A program made the translations under genes and the position numbers. Positions 13,368 through 25,700 of a DNA stretch of 64,000 nucleotides are shown one piece after another. Source of the stretch: Macrostomum lignano (taxonomy: Eukaryota); contig NIVC01000852.1 of assembly GCA_002269645.1 (NCBI GenBank), positions 1 through 64,000 of the forward strand, given 5' to 3'. How positions within the stretch are numbered: position 1 is the first letter of the stretch; every line of letters starts with the position of its first letter. The notes under the pieces are model-generated. The model had not been told where the DNA came from. It worked only from the letters and a program-made list of their open reading frames with translations, and did no database searches.

Positions 13368-16300
13368 ATGAGCCGACGTAGAAAAGAAAAAAGCTCGGGA
13401 AGCACCCTGGAAGAAGACCTGCTCCGGGAGCTCAGTCGCGAGCAGATGATTGAATACTTCGAAGCGTTCCAGCGCTACGACCACGACGGCAGCGGGACAA
13501 TCGACATCGCTGAGCTGTCCGACATCATGACCTCCATGGGCCTGCACGTCAGGGAGGACGACCTTGACGTGCTCATCAGACAGGTGGACGAGGACCGTAA
13601 GATTTGCGGAGATGTGACTTTATAAGAGTTCGTGGCTGTCTGTTACTACATGTATGCAATTATAACGCTCCGTAACAGCCCCAGACACTCCCTGACAGCC
13701 CCAGACACTCCCTGACAGCCCCAGACACTCCCTGACAGCCCCAGGCACTCCCTGACAGCCCCAGACACTCCCTGACAGCCCCAGACACTCCCTGACAGCC
13801 CCAGACACTCCCTGACAGCCCCAGACACTCCCTGACAGCCCCAGACACTCCCTGACAGCCCCAGACACTCCCTGACAGCCCCAGACACTCCCTGACAGCC
13901 CCAGACACTCCCTGACAGCCCCACACACTCCCTGACAGCCCCACACACTCCCTGACAGCCCCAGACACTCCCTGACAGCCCCAGACACTCCCTGACAGCC
14001 CCACACACTCCCTGACAGCCCCAGACACTCCCTGACAGCCCCAGACACTCCCTGACAGCCCCAGACACTCCCTGACAGCCCCAGACACTCCCTGACAGCC
14101 CCAGACACTCCCTGACAGCCCCAGACACTCCCTGACAGCCCCACACACTCCCTGACAGCCCCACACACTCCCTGACAGCCCCAGACACTCCCTGACAGCC
14201 CCACACACTCCCTGACAGCCCCACACACTCCCTGACAGCCCCACACACTCCCTGACAGCCCCACACACTCCCTGACAGCCCCAGACACTCCCTGACAGCC
14301 CCAGACACTCCCTGACAGACTCAGACACCCACGAAACTGCCAGACCTGCGACAATCTCGGACCAACCAACATAGCAGTCTTCGACACTCCGGGACAGTCT
14401 TGGACACCACATAATATGTCTCAGACAACCTGCTACAGCATCGAACACCTTGATACGGTCTCGGACAATCCAAAACAGTCTCGGACACTCCATAACAGTC
14501 TCGGACACTCCATAACAGTCTCTGACACTCCATAACAGTCTCGGACACTCCAAAACAGTCTCGGACACTCCATACCAGTCTCTGACACTCCATAACAGTC
14601 TCGGACACTCCAAAACAGTCTCGGACAACCCGGAATAGTCTTAGCTATTCGTAAAAGTCTTGGACGTACCGTAACAGTTTCGGACACATAAGGTCTCGGA
14701 CACCCGGTGAAGGTCCCGGTCACTCTAAAACTTATTTCAATGAGAGAGTCGGACACAAGCCCAAGATGAAAATGGGATAGTTGAAGAAGATCGAGCAGGA
14801 ACCGTCTCTCCTCTGCTCAAGAAACTGAACGCAGGCAGCGGGTAGTAGCGGGAGAATTTTATCAAACAATACACACACAGAAGCTGTGAAATTTGATTCA
14901 ACAAATTCCTTCATCTTCAGCCTCGGATCGCGGTCCACCCATGTAGCAGAATAACACGGCAGCGAAATTAGCATGAAAGCAAGAGGGGAGGGATTTCCAA
15001 AACGGGAAATTTGATGGACAAAGAAATTGGCTGAAAAATGCCGCATCTCAGGTTTCTAAAGCATTCGTTAGTTTTCGGTTACAAGGCAGCAATGCTGACA
15101 GATGGGAAACTAACAGCGTGAAAGATTATTCCCATTAGCAATTGTGATGAAATTTTGCTCTTATGTTTGTTGTCAGTCTGGTCTGGGTTAGCCGCAAAAA
15201 GTGCGCTCACTCACTCACTAAGTCACTCAGTCACTCAGTCACTCGTCACTCACTCACTCACTCACTCACTCACTCACTCACTCACTCACTCACTCACTCA
15301 CTCACCACTAACTCACTCACTCACTCACTCACTCACTCACTCACTCACTCACTAACTCACTCACTCACTCACTCACTCACTCACTCACTCACTAACTCAC
15401 TCAATCACTCACTCACCACTCACTCACTAACTCACTCACTCACTCACTCACTCACTCACTCACTCAGACACTCACACACTCACTCACTCACTCACTCACT
15501 CACTCACTCACTCACTCACTCACTCACTCACTCACTCACTCACTCACTCACTCACTCACTCACTCACTCACTCACTCACTCACTCACTCACTCACTCACT
15601 CACTCACTCACTCACTCACCACTCACTCACTCACGTCATACACACGTAAATACACCTGTCAACAAAGCAAGTACTTATATACTTAATGTTGAAAAGCTGA
15701 ACTGATTCCCGCCGATGAAGGCAAGCAGTATTAAAAGCTTTGCCCCCAGGGCTGCAATGCTGTTAGTGAAGGCACGGATTATCTTACTGTGCTGGCCAGC
15801 TTACCGTAAATCTAACTGGGACTTTCGATCAAGCAAATGAAAAAAAAAACAAGTTCAGCTCTTTTATAATAATGGGGGTCTCGTATACTCGTATCCATGC
15901 CCACAGTTTGCGCAGGCAAATTTGAGAGTAACAGTTGAGAGGGCGACAAGAGAGAGTAGTGGATATAAGAGATTATCAAGAGAGCAGAAGAAAGATAAGA
16001 AAGACTTAAGAAAGACAGAGGGGAGAGAAAGAGGGGAGAGAAAGAGAGGAGAGACGGAGAGGAGAGCCAGAGGGGAGAGAAAGAGAGGGGAAGGAAAGAG
16101 GGGAGAGAAAGAGGGAAGAGAAAGAGGGGAGAGACAGAGGGGAGGGAAAGAGGGGAGAGAAAGAGGGGAGAGACAGAGGGGAGAGACAGAGGGGAGGGAA
16201 AGAGGGGAGAGAAAGAGGGGAGAGACAGAGGGGAGAAAAAGAGGGGAGAGACAGAGGGGAGAGAAGAGGGGAGAGAAAGAGGGGAGGGAAAGAGGGGACA

Positions 16301-19300
16301 GACAGAGGGGAGAGAAGAGGGGAGAGAAAGAGGGGAGTGAAAGAGGAGAGAGACAGAGGGGAGAGAAAGAGGGGAGAAACAGAGGGGAGAGAAAGAGGGG
16401 AGAGAAAGAGGGGAGAGAAAGAGGGGAGAGAAAGAGGGGAGAGAAAGAGGGGAGAGAAAGAGGGGAGGGAAAGAGGGGAAAGACAGAGGGGAGTGAAAGA
16501 GGGGAGAGACAGAGGGGAGGGAAAGAGGGGAGAGACAGAGGGGAGGGAAAGAGGGGAAAGACAGAGGGGAGTGAAAGAGGGGAGAGAAAGAGGGGAGAGA
16601 CAGAGGGGAGGGAAAGAGGGGAAAGACAGAGGGGAGTGAAAGAGGGGAGAGACAGAGGGGAGGGAAAGAGGGGAGAGAAAGAGGGGAGGGAAAGAGGGGA
16701 GAGACAAAGGGGAGTGAAAGAGGGGAGAGACAGAGGGGAGTGAAAGAGGGGAGAGACAGAGGGGAGAGACAGAGGGGAGGGAAAGAGGGGAGAGAAAGAG
16801 GGGAGAGACAGAGGGGAGAGACAGAGGGGAGGGAAAGAGGGGAGAGAAAGAGGGGAGAGACAGAGGGGAGAAAAAGAGGGGAGAGACAGAGGGGAGAGAA
16901 GAGGGGAGAGAAAGAGGGGAGGGAAAGAGGGGACAGACAGAGGGGAGAGAAGAGGGGAGAGAAAGAGGGGAGTGAAAGAGGAGAGAGACAGAGGGGAGAG
17001 AAAGAGGGGAGAGAAAGAGGGGAGAGAAAGAGGGGAGAGAAAGAGGGGAGAGAAAGAGGGGAGAGAAAGAGGGGAGAAACAGAGGGGAGAGAAAGAGGGG
17101 AGAGACAGAGGGGAGGGAAAGAGGGGAAAGACAGAGGGGAGAGAAAGAGGGGAGTGAAAGAGAGGAGAGACAGAGGGAGGGAAAGAGGGGAAAGACAGAG
17201 GGGAGGGAAAGAGGGGAGAGAAAGAGGGGAGAGAAAGAGGGGAGAGACAGAGGGGAGGGAAAGAGGGGAAAGACAGAGGGGAGAGAAAGAGGGGAGTGAA
17301 AGAGAGGAGAGACAGAGGGGAGGGAAAGAGGGGAAAGACAGAGGGGAGGGAAAGAGGGGAGAGAAAGAGGGGAGAGAAAGAGGGGAGAGAAAGAGGGGAG
17401 AGAAAGAGGGGAGAGAAAGAGGGGAGAGAAAGAGGGGAGAGAAAGAGGGGAGAGACAGAGGGGAGGGAAAGAGGGGAAAGACAGAGGGGAGTGAAAGAGG
17501 GGAGAGACAGAGGGGAGGGAAAGAGGGGAGAGACAGAGGGGAGGGAAAGAGGGGAAAGACAGAGGGGAGTGAAAGAGGGGAGAGAAAGAGGGGAGAGACA
17601 GAGGGGAGGGAAAGAGGGGAAAGACAGAGGGGAGTGAAAGAGGGGAGAGACAGAGGGGAGGGAAAGAGGGGAGAGAAAGAGGGGAGGGAAAGAGGGGAGA
17701 GACAAAGGGGAGTGAAAGAGGGGAGAGACAGAGGGGAGTGAAAGAGGGGAGAGACAGAGGGGAGAGACAGAGGGGAGGGAAAGAGGGGAGAGAAAGAGGG
17801 GAGAGACAGAGGGGAGAGACAGAGGGGAGGGAAAGAGGGGAGAGAAAGAGGGGAGAGACAGAGGGGAGAAAAAGAGGGGAGAGACAGAGGGGAGAGAAGA
17901 GGGGAGAGAAAGAGGGGAGAGACAGAGGGGAGAGACAGAGGGGAGGGAAAGAGGGGAGAGAAAGAGGGGAGAGACAGAGGGGAGAGACAGAGGGGAGGGA
18001 AAGAGGGGAGAGAAAGAGGGGAGAGACAGAGGGGAGAGAAGAGGGGAGAGAAAGAGGGGAGGGAAAGAGGGGACAGACAGAGGGGAGAGAAGAGGGGAGA
18101 GAAAGAGGGGAGTGAAAGAGGAGAGAGACAGAGGGGAGAGAAAGAGGGGAGAGAAAGAGGGGAGAGAAAGAGGGGAGAGAAAGAGGGGAGAGAAAGAGGG
18201 AGAGAAAGAGGGGAGAAACAGAGGGGAGAGAAAGAGGGGAGAGACAGAGGGGAGGGAAAGAGGGGAAAGACAGAGGGGAGAGAAAGAGGGGAGTGAAAGA
18301 GAGGAGAGACAGAGGGGAGGGAAAGAGGGGAAAGACAGAGGGGAGGGAAAGAGGGGAGAGAAAGAGGGGAGAGAAAGAGGGGAGAGACAGAGGGGAGGGA
18401 AAGAGGGGAAAGACAGAGGGGAGAGAAAGAGGGGAGTGAAAGAGAGGAGAGACAGAGGGGAGGGAAAGAGGGGAAAGACAGAGGGGAGGGAAAGAGGGGA
18501 GAGAAAGAGGGGAGAGAAAGAGGGGAGAGAAAGAGGGGAGAGAAAGAGGGGAGAGAAAGAGGGGAGAGAAAGAGGGGAGAGAAAGAGGGGAGAGACAGAG
18601 GGGAGGGAAAGAGGGCAGAGAAAGAGGGGAGTGAAAGAGGGGAGAGACAGAGGGGAGGGAAAGAGGGGAGAGAAAGAGGGGAGAGACAGAGGGGAGGGAA
18701 AGAGGGGAGAGAAAGAGGGGAGAGACAGAGGGGAGAGACAGAGGGGAGGGAAAGAGGGGAGAGAAAGAGGGGAGAGACAGAGGGGAGAAAAAGAGGGGAG
18801 AGACAGAGGGGAGAGAAGAGGGGAGAGAAAGAGGGGAGGGAAAGAGGGGACAGACAGAGGGGAGAGAAGAGGGAGAGAAAGAGGGGAGTGAAAGAGGAGA
18901 GAGACAGAGGGGAGAGAAAGAGGGAGAGAAAGAGGGGAGAGAAAGAGGGGAGAGAAAGAGGGGAGAGAAAGAGGGGAGAGAAAGAGGGGAGAAACAGAGG
19001 GGAGAGAAAGAGGGGAGAGACAGAGGGGAGGGAAAGAGGGGAAGACAGAGGGGAGAGAAAGAGGGGAGTGAAAGAGAGGAGAGACAGAGGGGAGGGAAAG
19101 AGGGGAAAGACAGAGGGGAGGGAAAGAGGGGAGAGAAAGAGGGGAGAGAAAGAGGGGAGAGACAGAGGGAGGGAAAGAGGGGAAAGACAGAGGGGAGAGA
19201 AAGAGGGGAGTGAAAGAGAGGAGAGACAGAGGGGAGGGAAAGAGGGGAAAGACAGAGGGGAGGGAAAGAGGGGAGAGAAAGAGGGGAGAGAAAGAGGGGA

Positions 19301-21096
19301 GAGAAAGAGGGGAGAGAAAGAGGGGAGAGAAAGAGGGGAGAGAAAGAGGGGAGAGAAAGAGGGGAGAGACAGAGGGGAGGGAAAGAGGGGAAAGACAGAG
19401 GGGAGTGAAAGAGGGGAGAGACAGAGGGGAGGGAAAGAGGGGAGAGAAAGAGGGGAGGGAAAGAGGGGAGAGACAAAGGGGAGGGAAAGAGGGCAGAGAA
19501 AGAGGGGAGTGAAAGAGGGGAGAGACAGAGGGGAGGGAAAGAGGGGAGAGAAAGAGGGGAGAGACAGAGGGGAGAGACAGAGGGGAGAGAAAGAGGGGAG
19601 AGACAGAGGGGAGGGAAAGAGGGGAGAGACAGAGGGAAGGGAAAGAGGGGAGAGACAGAGGGGAGGGAAAGAGGGGAGAGAAAAAGGGGAAAACGAGGGG
19701 GAAGGAGAATTAAATAGATGAGAAATAGAGTCGTGAGAAAGAAAAGGAAGGAGTGAAAGAGTAGGAAAAGGTGTAATCACATGAGGCTGAGCTTACCTAC
19801 AGAGTTTATTTAACTTCATTGCTGCTTGGTAAGCATTCTAAAGATGGAAACAGACTCGCTTCCTCAGACCTCTATCTCTCACTCACTCGCTCTCGCTCTC
19901 GCACACCCGGACAAGCCTCTTCAATCACGCGGCAAGCTGACACTAGAGTTTTAACTGTGATAGCATTAGTTCAAAGGTGTTAGTAAATTCCAGACGCACT
20001 AGATGTATAGATTGATCGCAGAGATATATGGAGAGATCATGGCTCAAGTTCTGTTCAGTGAAAGAGAGCATGCATAATAATGAGCAATACCCGAAACAGT
20101 CTGGCATGAATTATCTATGAATTCTTGGCATCAGGCGTAATGAATAGCTTCTATCTAACATCTATTGTGTCAGCTCAGTGTCGCATTTACCTCTACTGAA
20201 CTTCAGGAAGCGGCAATCTGGACTTTTTGGAGTTTCTCAACCTGATGGTTCGCCACATCAATAAGCCGGTCACTAAGGACGAAATTCGGAGCGCTTTTCT
20301 CGTGTTTGACACCCAGAAACGGGGCTACATCACTGTTGACGAGCTGCGGTCAGCTGCTTGTCGGCATCGAACTGACTGTGGGGATTCAGACCGCCACACC
20401 CTCCGGTCTATAGTGATGCTAGCTGGTCCGCCACACCCTCCGGTCTATAGTGATGCTAGCTGGTCCGCCACACCCTCCGGTCTATAGTGATGCTAGCTGG
20501 TCCGCCACACCCTCCGGTCTATAGTGATGCTAGCTGGTCCGCCACACCCTCCGGTCTATAGTGATGCTAGCTGGTCCGCCACACCCTCCGGTCTATAGTG
20601 ATGCTAGCTGGTCCGCCACACCCTCCGGTCTATAGTGATGCTAGCTGGTCCGCCACACCCTCCGGTCTATAGTGATGCTAGCTGGTCCGCCACACCCTCC
20701 GGTCTATAGTGATGCTAGCTGGTCCGCCACACCCTCCGGTCTCCAGTTGATGCTAGCTGGTCCGCCACACCCTCCGGTCTATAGTGATGCTAGCTGGTCC
20801 GCCACACCCTCCGAGCTTAGTGATGCTAGCTGGTCCGCCACACCCTCCGAGCTTAGTGATGCTAGCTGGTTCGCCACACCCTTAATTAACCGTAATTATT
20901 GGTATGTGCCACTCCCCATGGTCAATGTGCATGTACTGTGTACTTATCACAACTTCATTCCAGCACTATTCTGACCACCCGCGGCGACAGAATGACTCTC
21001 GAGGAGGCCAACGAGATGATCGCAGCTGCCGACATCAACGGCGACGGGATGATCAACTACGAGGAGTTCTCAGCTGCCCTTGTTGACAACGAGTAG
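13368..21096 (+). CDS. Calmodulin-like EF-hand protein, 167 aa, 3 exons
   Basis: Exons 13368-13596 (GTAAG, phase 1), 20207-20348 (phase 2), 20964-21096 total 504 nt. EF loops: DHDGSGTIDIAE, DEDRSGNLDFLE (split by intron 1), degenerate DTQKRGYITVDE, DINGDGMINYEE. Confidence 0.93.
13675..14323. repeat. 20-bp minisatellite (GACAGCCCCAGACACTCCCT) in calmodulin-like intron 1
   Basis: ~32 copies with AGAC/ACAC variants. Confidence 0.97.
14380..14705. repeat. Degenerate 20-bp minisatellite (ACAGTCTCGGACACTCCATA), related to the preceding array
   Basis: Shares the ACAG...GACACTCC core and the 20-bp period. Confidence 0.85.
15205..15632. repeat. (TCAC)n microsatellite
   Basis: Read directly, few interruptions. 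Confidence 0.97.
15985..19700. repeat. 3.7-kb polypurine minisatellite (~14-bp units AGAAAGAGGGGAG / AGACAGAGGGGAG) with higher-order duplications
   Basis: The + strand is almost all A/G. The rare marker GACAAAGGGG recurs at ~16703, ~17701 and ~19472; GGGGACAGACAG recurs at ~16275, ~16930, ~18070 and ~18848. Confidence 0.96.
20389..20882. repeat. 37-bp minisatellite (GCTAGCTGGTCCGCCACACCCTCCGGTCTATAGTGAT) in calmodulin-like intron 2
   Basis: ~13 copies; period measured from 20418 to 20455. Confidence 0.97.
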
Positions 21097-21374
21097 CCTG
21101 TGCGGCCACTTTCAATCTATTTTTTATCAAATGCACTCTTCTGATCGAAGTTAGCACTCATTCAACTGGTCCATATGAATCGCGATGTTTTTCGATCGAA
21201 TTCATCTACTAACAGTAGTGTAAAAAGAAAGAACTATCTTACATGTACAAACCTATCCGATCTAAACAGTGTTAAAATACACATGTACAACAGCCTATCA
21301 TGTTATTCTTTGCACTTGTTATCAAGTGTCTCTATGCCGTGAGACACCATTTAGTAGATCGAGGCCCTACTAGC

Positions 21375-21720
21375 TGACACCCTCAAATACCCGACACCCT
21401 CAGACCCTGACACCCTCAAATACCCCGACACCCTCAGAGACCCTGACACCCTCAAATACCCCGACACCATCAGAGACCCCTGACACCCTCAAATACCCGG
21501 ACATCAAATACCCCGACACCATCATGCAGAGACCCTGACACCATCATGCAAAGACCCTGACACCATCATGCAGAGACCCTGACACCATCATGCAGAGACC
21601 CTGACACCATCATGTAGAGACCCTGACACCATCATGCAGACTCTGGCACCATCAGAGACCCTGACGACATCATGCAGAAACTCTGACTACCTCACAGGCC
21701 CTGACCCCTCGGAGACCATA
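21375..21720. repeat. ~22-bp minisatellite (GACACCATCATGCAGAGACCCT and variants)
   Basis: Degenerate CCCTGACACC-cored units. Confidence 0.85.
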
Positions 21721-22389
21721 GCACAGATCTAGGAACCCAATTGGCAGCCCTTGAAGACCTGTACTGTTTTCCTTTATCACTAGTCCCTAAATGCAGAATT
21801 TTTGCACAGTTTATAGCGATGATCTTGAAGAAAAGAAATAAAGCAGCCGAAATGACAGCAACAGTATTTGAAAGATCTACAAGCCCTGCAGCAGATTAAT
21901 ATAAAGCACTTGTATTTAGGCATATTATGAAAATTAGCACTCTAGAATTAGCATTGTTGCAGTTCGGCATAACAGCCAAAGGCGACAAGGCTCACCATAC
22001 TCAGCAGTACATTGTGACTTATTGACTTGTGCGCAAAAGTGTACACGTGTGGCGGCCGCAGAATTGGCTCGAAGTTCAATAAATATTCAATCGATATTTT
22101 TGACACAAGAAAATGCACTAATTGCATTGCAACCTGTTGAGTAATTAACATAAGAAGCATCTTTTAACTGGCGCAGTGTGCTTTTAGGCAGATTAAAAAC
22201 AACGGCAACCCTACCATTTACCTGGATTAAGAGTTGCTTTAAAAACAAAAAGAAAACAAGGCCAATTCAATTTCTGTACAAAGACTTGAACAAAATGGAA
22301 ATATACCACCAGAGGAACTGAGGGGCGGCAAAATTATTGATACGTGAAAAATAACGCGTATGCCTCTATCGACAAACGTTCAGATCGTT

Positions 22390-22610
22390 GGCTTAATCGT
22401 AAACAGATATTCGAATTCGCGCCAAAACCCGGAAATATTTTCCACATAGAATTCTACGTTTTCCAGTGACAGACTTCCAGTGACAAATTATTAATAAAAC
22501 ATCAAACATTATTCAAAGCGGTTTAAAGCAAATTTAGATGAAAAAATTGCGTTTAAAAATAATCCTCCCATTTTGGCGCGAATTCAAATTTACCTAACAA
22601 TTAAAACGCA
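22390..22610. mobile_element. Probable MITE remnant with inverted repeats
   Basis: GAATTCGCGCCAAAA (22413-22427) and its exact reverse complement TTTTGGCGCGAATTC (22571-22585), with weaker similarity extending outward. No TSD resolved. Confidence 0.5.
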
Positions 22611-22773
22611 ATTGAACTGCGAATACGCCAGACCCGGGGAATATCTTAGCGAACAAATCAACCATTGGGGGCACCGGATAAGACTTCTACTAGAATGAGA
22701 ACTTATTCGACTGTGTAGATAACTGAGCTCAATTGCAATTGGCTGGGATTAGCAACACTGGGCCGCAACCACC

Positions 22774-25700
22774 CTATCGATTGTCTGCAGGCCTTAGATT
22801 GTGAAGCAGGTGCCGCAGGCTGCCCAGCTTCTCCTGCAGGCCGCCCAGAGTTTCAACAATGCTGCCCAGCCGATAGTTCAGATGGTCCACCTCTGACGGG
22901 CTGCGGGATTGAAGTGGGATGCCAGGTCCAACAATAATATTTGAAAATATATCAAAATATGTAATGGTAGACTCTTGGTGGTGAGTGAACAATTCCATTG
23001 CTGAGTTGGGATATTCGATTGCTGAGTTGGGATTTTCGATACCTAGAATTGATGATTTCGGCTTTCAAACAATTCAAAATTGCTTTCTTACCCGTGCCCC
23101 GATCGCATGGAGACAACTAGGAGAAGCTGCTGCTGCAACGAATTCAACCGGTAGCTCAGGTACACGATGACGATGGCGCAGAGCAGGACACTGGAAGTAC
23201 AGATTGCGGGTGACGTCGGATGCTTTCATTGGCAGCGGGATATAGGCGGAATGCGAGGGGCTGGCAACTCTCGCTGAAGGATCGGGGAGGGGTGGCAGCT
23301 GAAGGATCAGGGAGGGGGAGGGGGAGGCGGCTGAAGGATCGGGGAGGGGGGGAGGCAGCTGAAGGATCGGGGATGGGTGGCAGCTGAAGGATCGGGGATG
23401 GGTGGCAGCTGAAGGATCGGGGAGGGGTGGCAGCTGAAGGATCAGGGAGGGGTGGCAGCTGAAGGATCAGGGAGGGGTGGCAGCTGAAGGATCAGGGAGG
23501 GGTGGCAGCTGAAGGATCGGGGAGGCCCACAAAGATGTCAACACCGAATCTGCCAGCTTACAAAAAAGCGATAACGCTGAGCGCGTGTCTGTTGGGCAGG
23601 CGGTCCCAGTCAGCCAGCAGGGACTGCCAGCGGGAGCGACTCGACCGGCCGGGACTCGGCTGCGGCCGACGGTCCGCATCTGCGGGAACGGGCGAAATGT
23701 AATGCTTGACGATCCTAGAGGATTCACGGATTCATGATTCACAATCTTATGCTTCTCAAGATTGACGATCCTGTGATTCTCATTATTCACAGTCGTATCA
23801 TTCTCATGATTCACGATCTCATTATGATTCTCAAGATACACAATTCTGTGATTCTCATGATTCACAATCTTACTATGATTCTCAAGATTCACGATTCTGT
23901 GATTCTCGTGTTTCACAATCTTATTATGATTCTCAAGATACACGATTCTGTGATTCTCATGATTCACAATCTTATTATGATTCTCAAGATACACGATTCT
24001 GTGATTCTCATGATTCACAATCTTACTATGATTCTCAAGATTCACGATTCTGTGATTCTCGTGTTTCACAATCATATTATGATTCTCAAGATTCACGATT
24101 CTGTGATTCTCATGATTCACTATCTTATTATGATTCTCAAGATACACGATCCTGTGATTCTCATGATTCACAATCTTACTATGATTCTCAAGATTCACGA
24201 TTCTGTGATTCACAATCTTATTATGATTCTCAAGATTCACGATCCTGTGATTCACAATCTTATTTTGATTCTCAAGATTCACGATCCTGTGATTCACAAT
24301 CTTACTATGCTTCTCAAGATTCACGATCCTGTGATTCACAATCTTATGAAGATTCACGATCCTGTGATTTAAGGTTCACGAACCTAAAATCTTCTATTCC
24401 AGATGGCACAAAACCTTTCAGTTTATGTTAATAAACGATTCACTCAAAAACGCTCACAGAATCCGCGCTCGTCAGCCGCGGCTTCATCGCCGCTAGCCGA
24501 GCTCTCAGTTGGCCCAGACGCCGACGTGGTCGAATCGACGGCCGACACGGCACTGCTGGATCCGACAGCAGCCGCGGCCGACGCTGCCGGTCTGCCGGCG
24601 GCGCTGGCTGAGGTGGCCATCGAAGGGGTCACCAGGATGCCGCTGTCCTCGTCGTTCAGCACCGAGGCCTCCCGGCTGCTGGCCTGGCCGCCGTCCTGCC
24701 AGCGGGTTTTCAGAGGGAGGGAGCCAATTGTTGCTTGCTGCTTAAGAACACGGTGCCATTTGTTAATTGGAGCATGTCACTTGCCTATAGGAGAGCGCTA
24801 TCTCTTGACATTGTTAATAGGAAGGCGCCATTTGTTAATAGGAAGGCGCCAGTTGTTAATAGGAAGGCGCCATTTGTTAATAGGAAGGCGCCAGTTGTTA
24901 ATAGGAAGGCGCCATTTGTTAATAGGAAGGCGCCAGTTGTTAATAGGAAGGCGCCATTTGTTAATAGGAAGGCGCCAGTTGTTAATACGAAGGTGCCAGT
25001 TGTTAATAGGAAGGCGCCATTTGTTAATAGGAAGGCGCCAGTTGTTAATAGGAAGGCGCCATTTGTTAATAGGAAGGCGCCAGTTGTTAATAGGAAGGCG
25101 CCATTTGTTAATAAGAAGGCGCCATTTGTTAATAAGAAGGCGCCATTTGTTAATAAGAAGATGCCATTTGTTAATACGAAGGTGCCAGTTGTTAATAGGA
25201 AGGCGCCATTTGTTAATAGGAAGGCGCCAGTTGTTAATAGGAAGGCGCCATTTGTTAATAGGAAGGCGCCAGTTGTTAATAGGAAGGCGCCATTTGTTAA
25301 TAAGAAGGCGCCATTTGTTAATAAGAAGGCGCCATTTGTTAATAAGAAGATGCCATTTGTTAATACGAAGGTGCCATTTGTTAATAAGAAGGCGCCATTT
25401 ATTAATAAGAAGGCGTCATTTGCTAATAGGAAGGTGCCATTTGTTAATAGGAAGGTGCCATTTGTTAATAGGAAGGTGCCATTTGTTAATAGGAACGCGC
25501 CATTTGTTAATAGGAAGGCGCCATTTGATAATATGTGGGCCTGTGGGGCGATTTGTTAACACGATGGTTCCCTTTGCTAATAAGAGGATGCATTTTGTTA
25601 AACTTGAACTGCAGGTAGGGTAGAAGTACCTATGTAGGCAGAACTGTAGAAGTAACCCAACCGCTAAAAATAGCGCACCTACAAGCGCATAGTAAACTCG

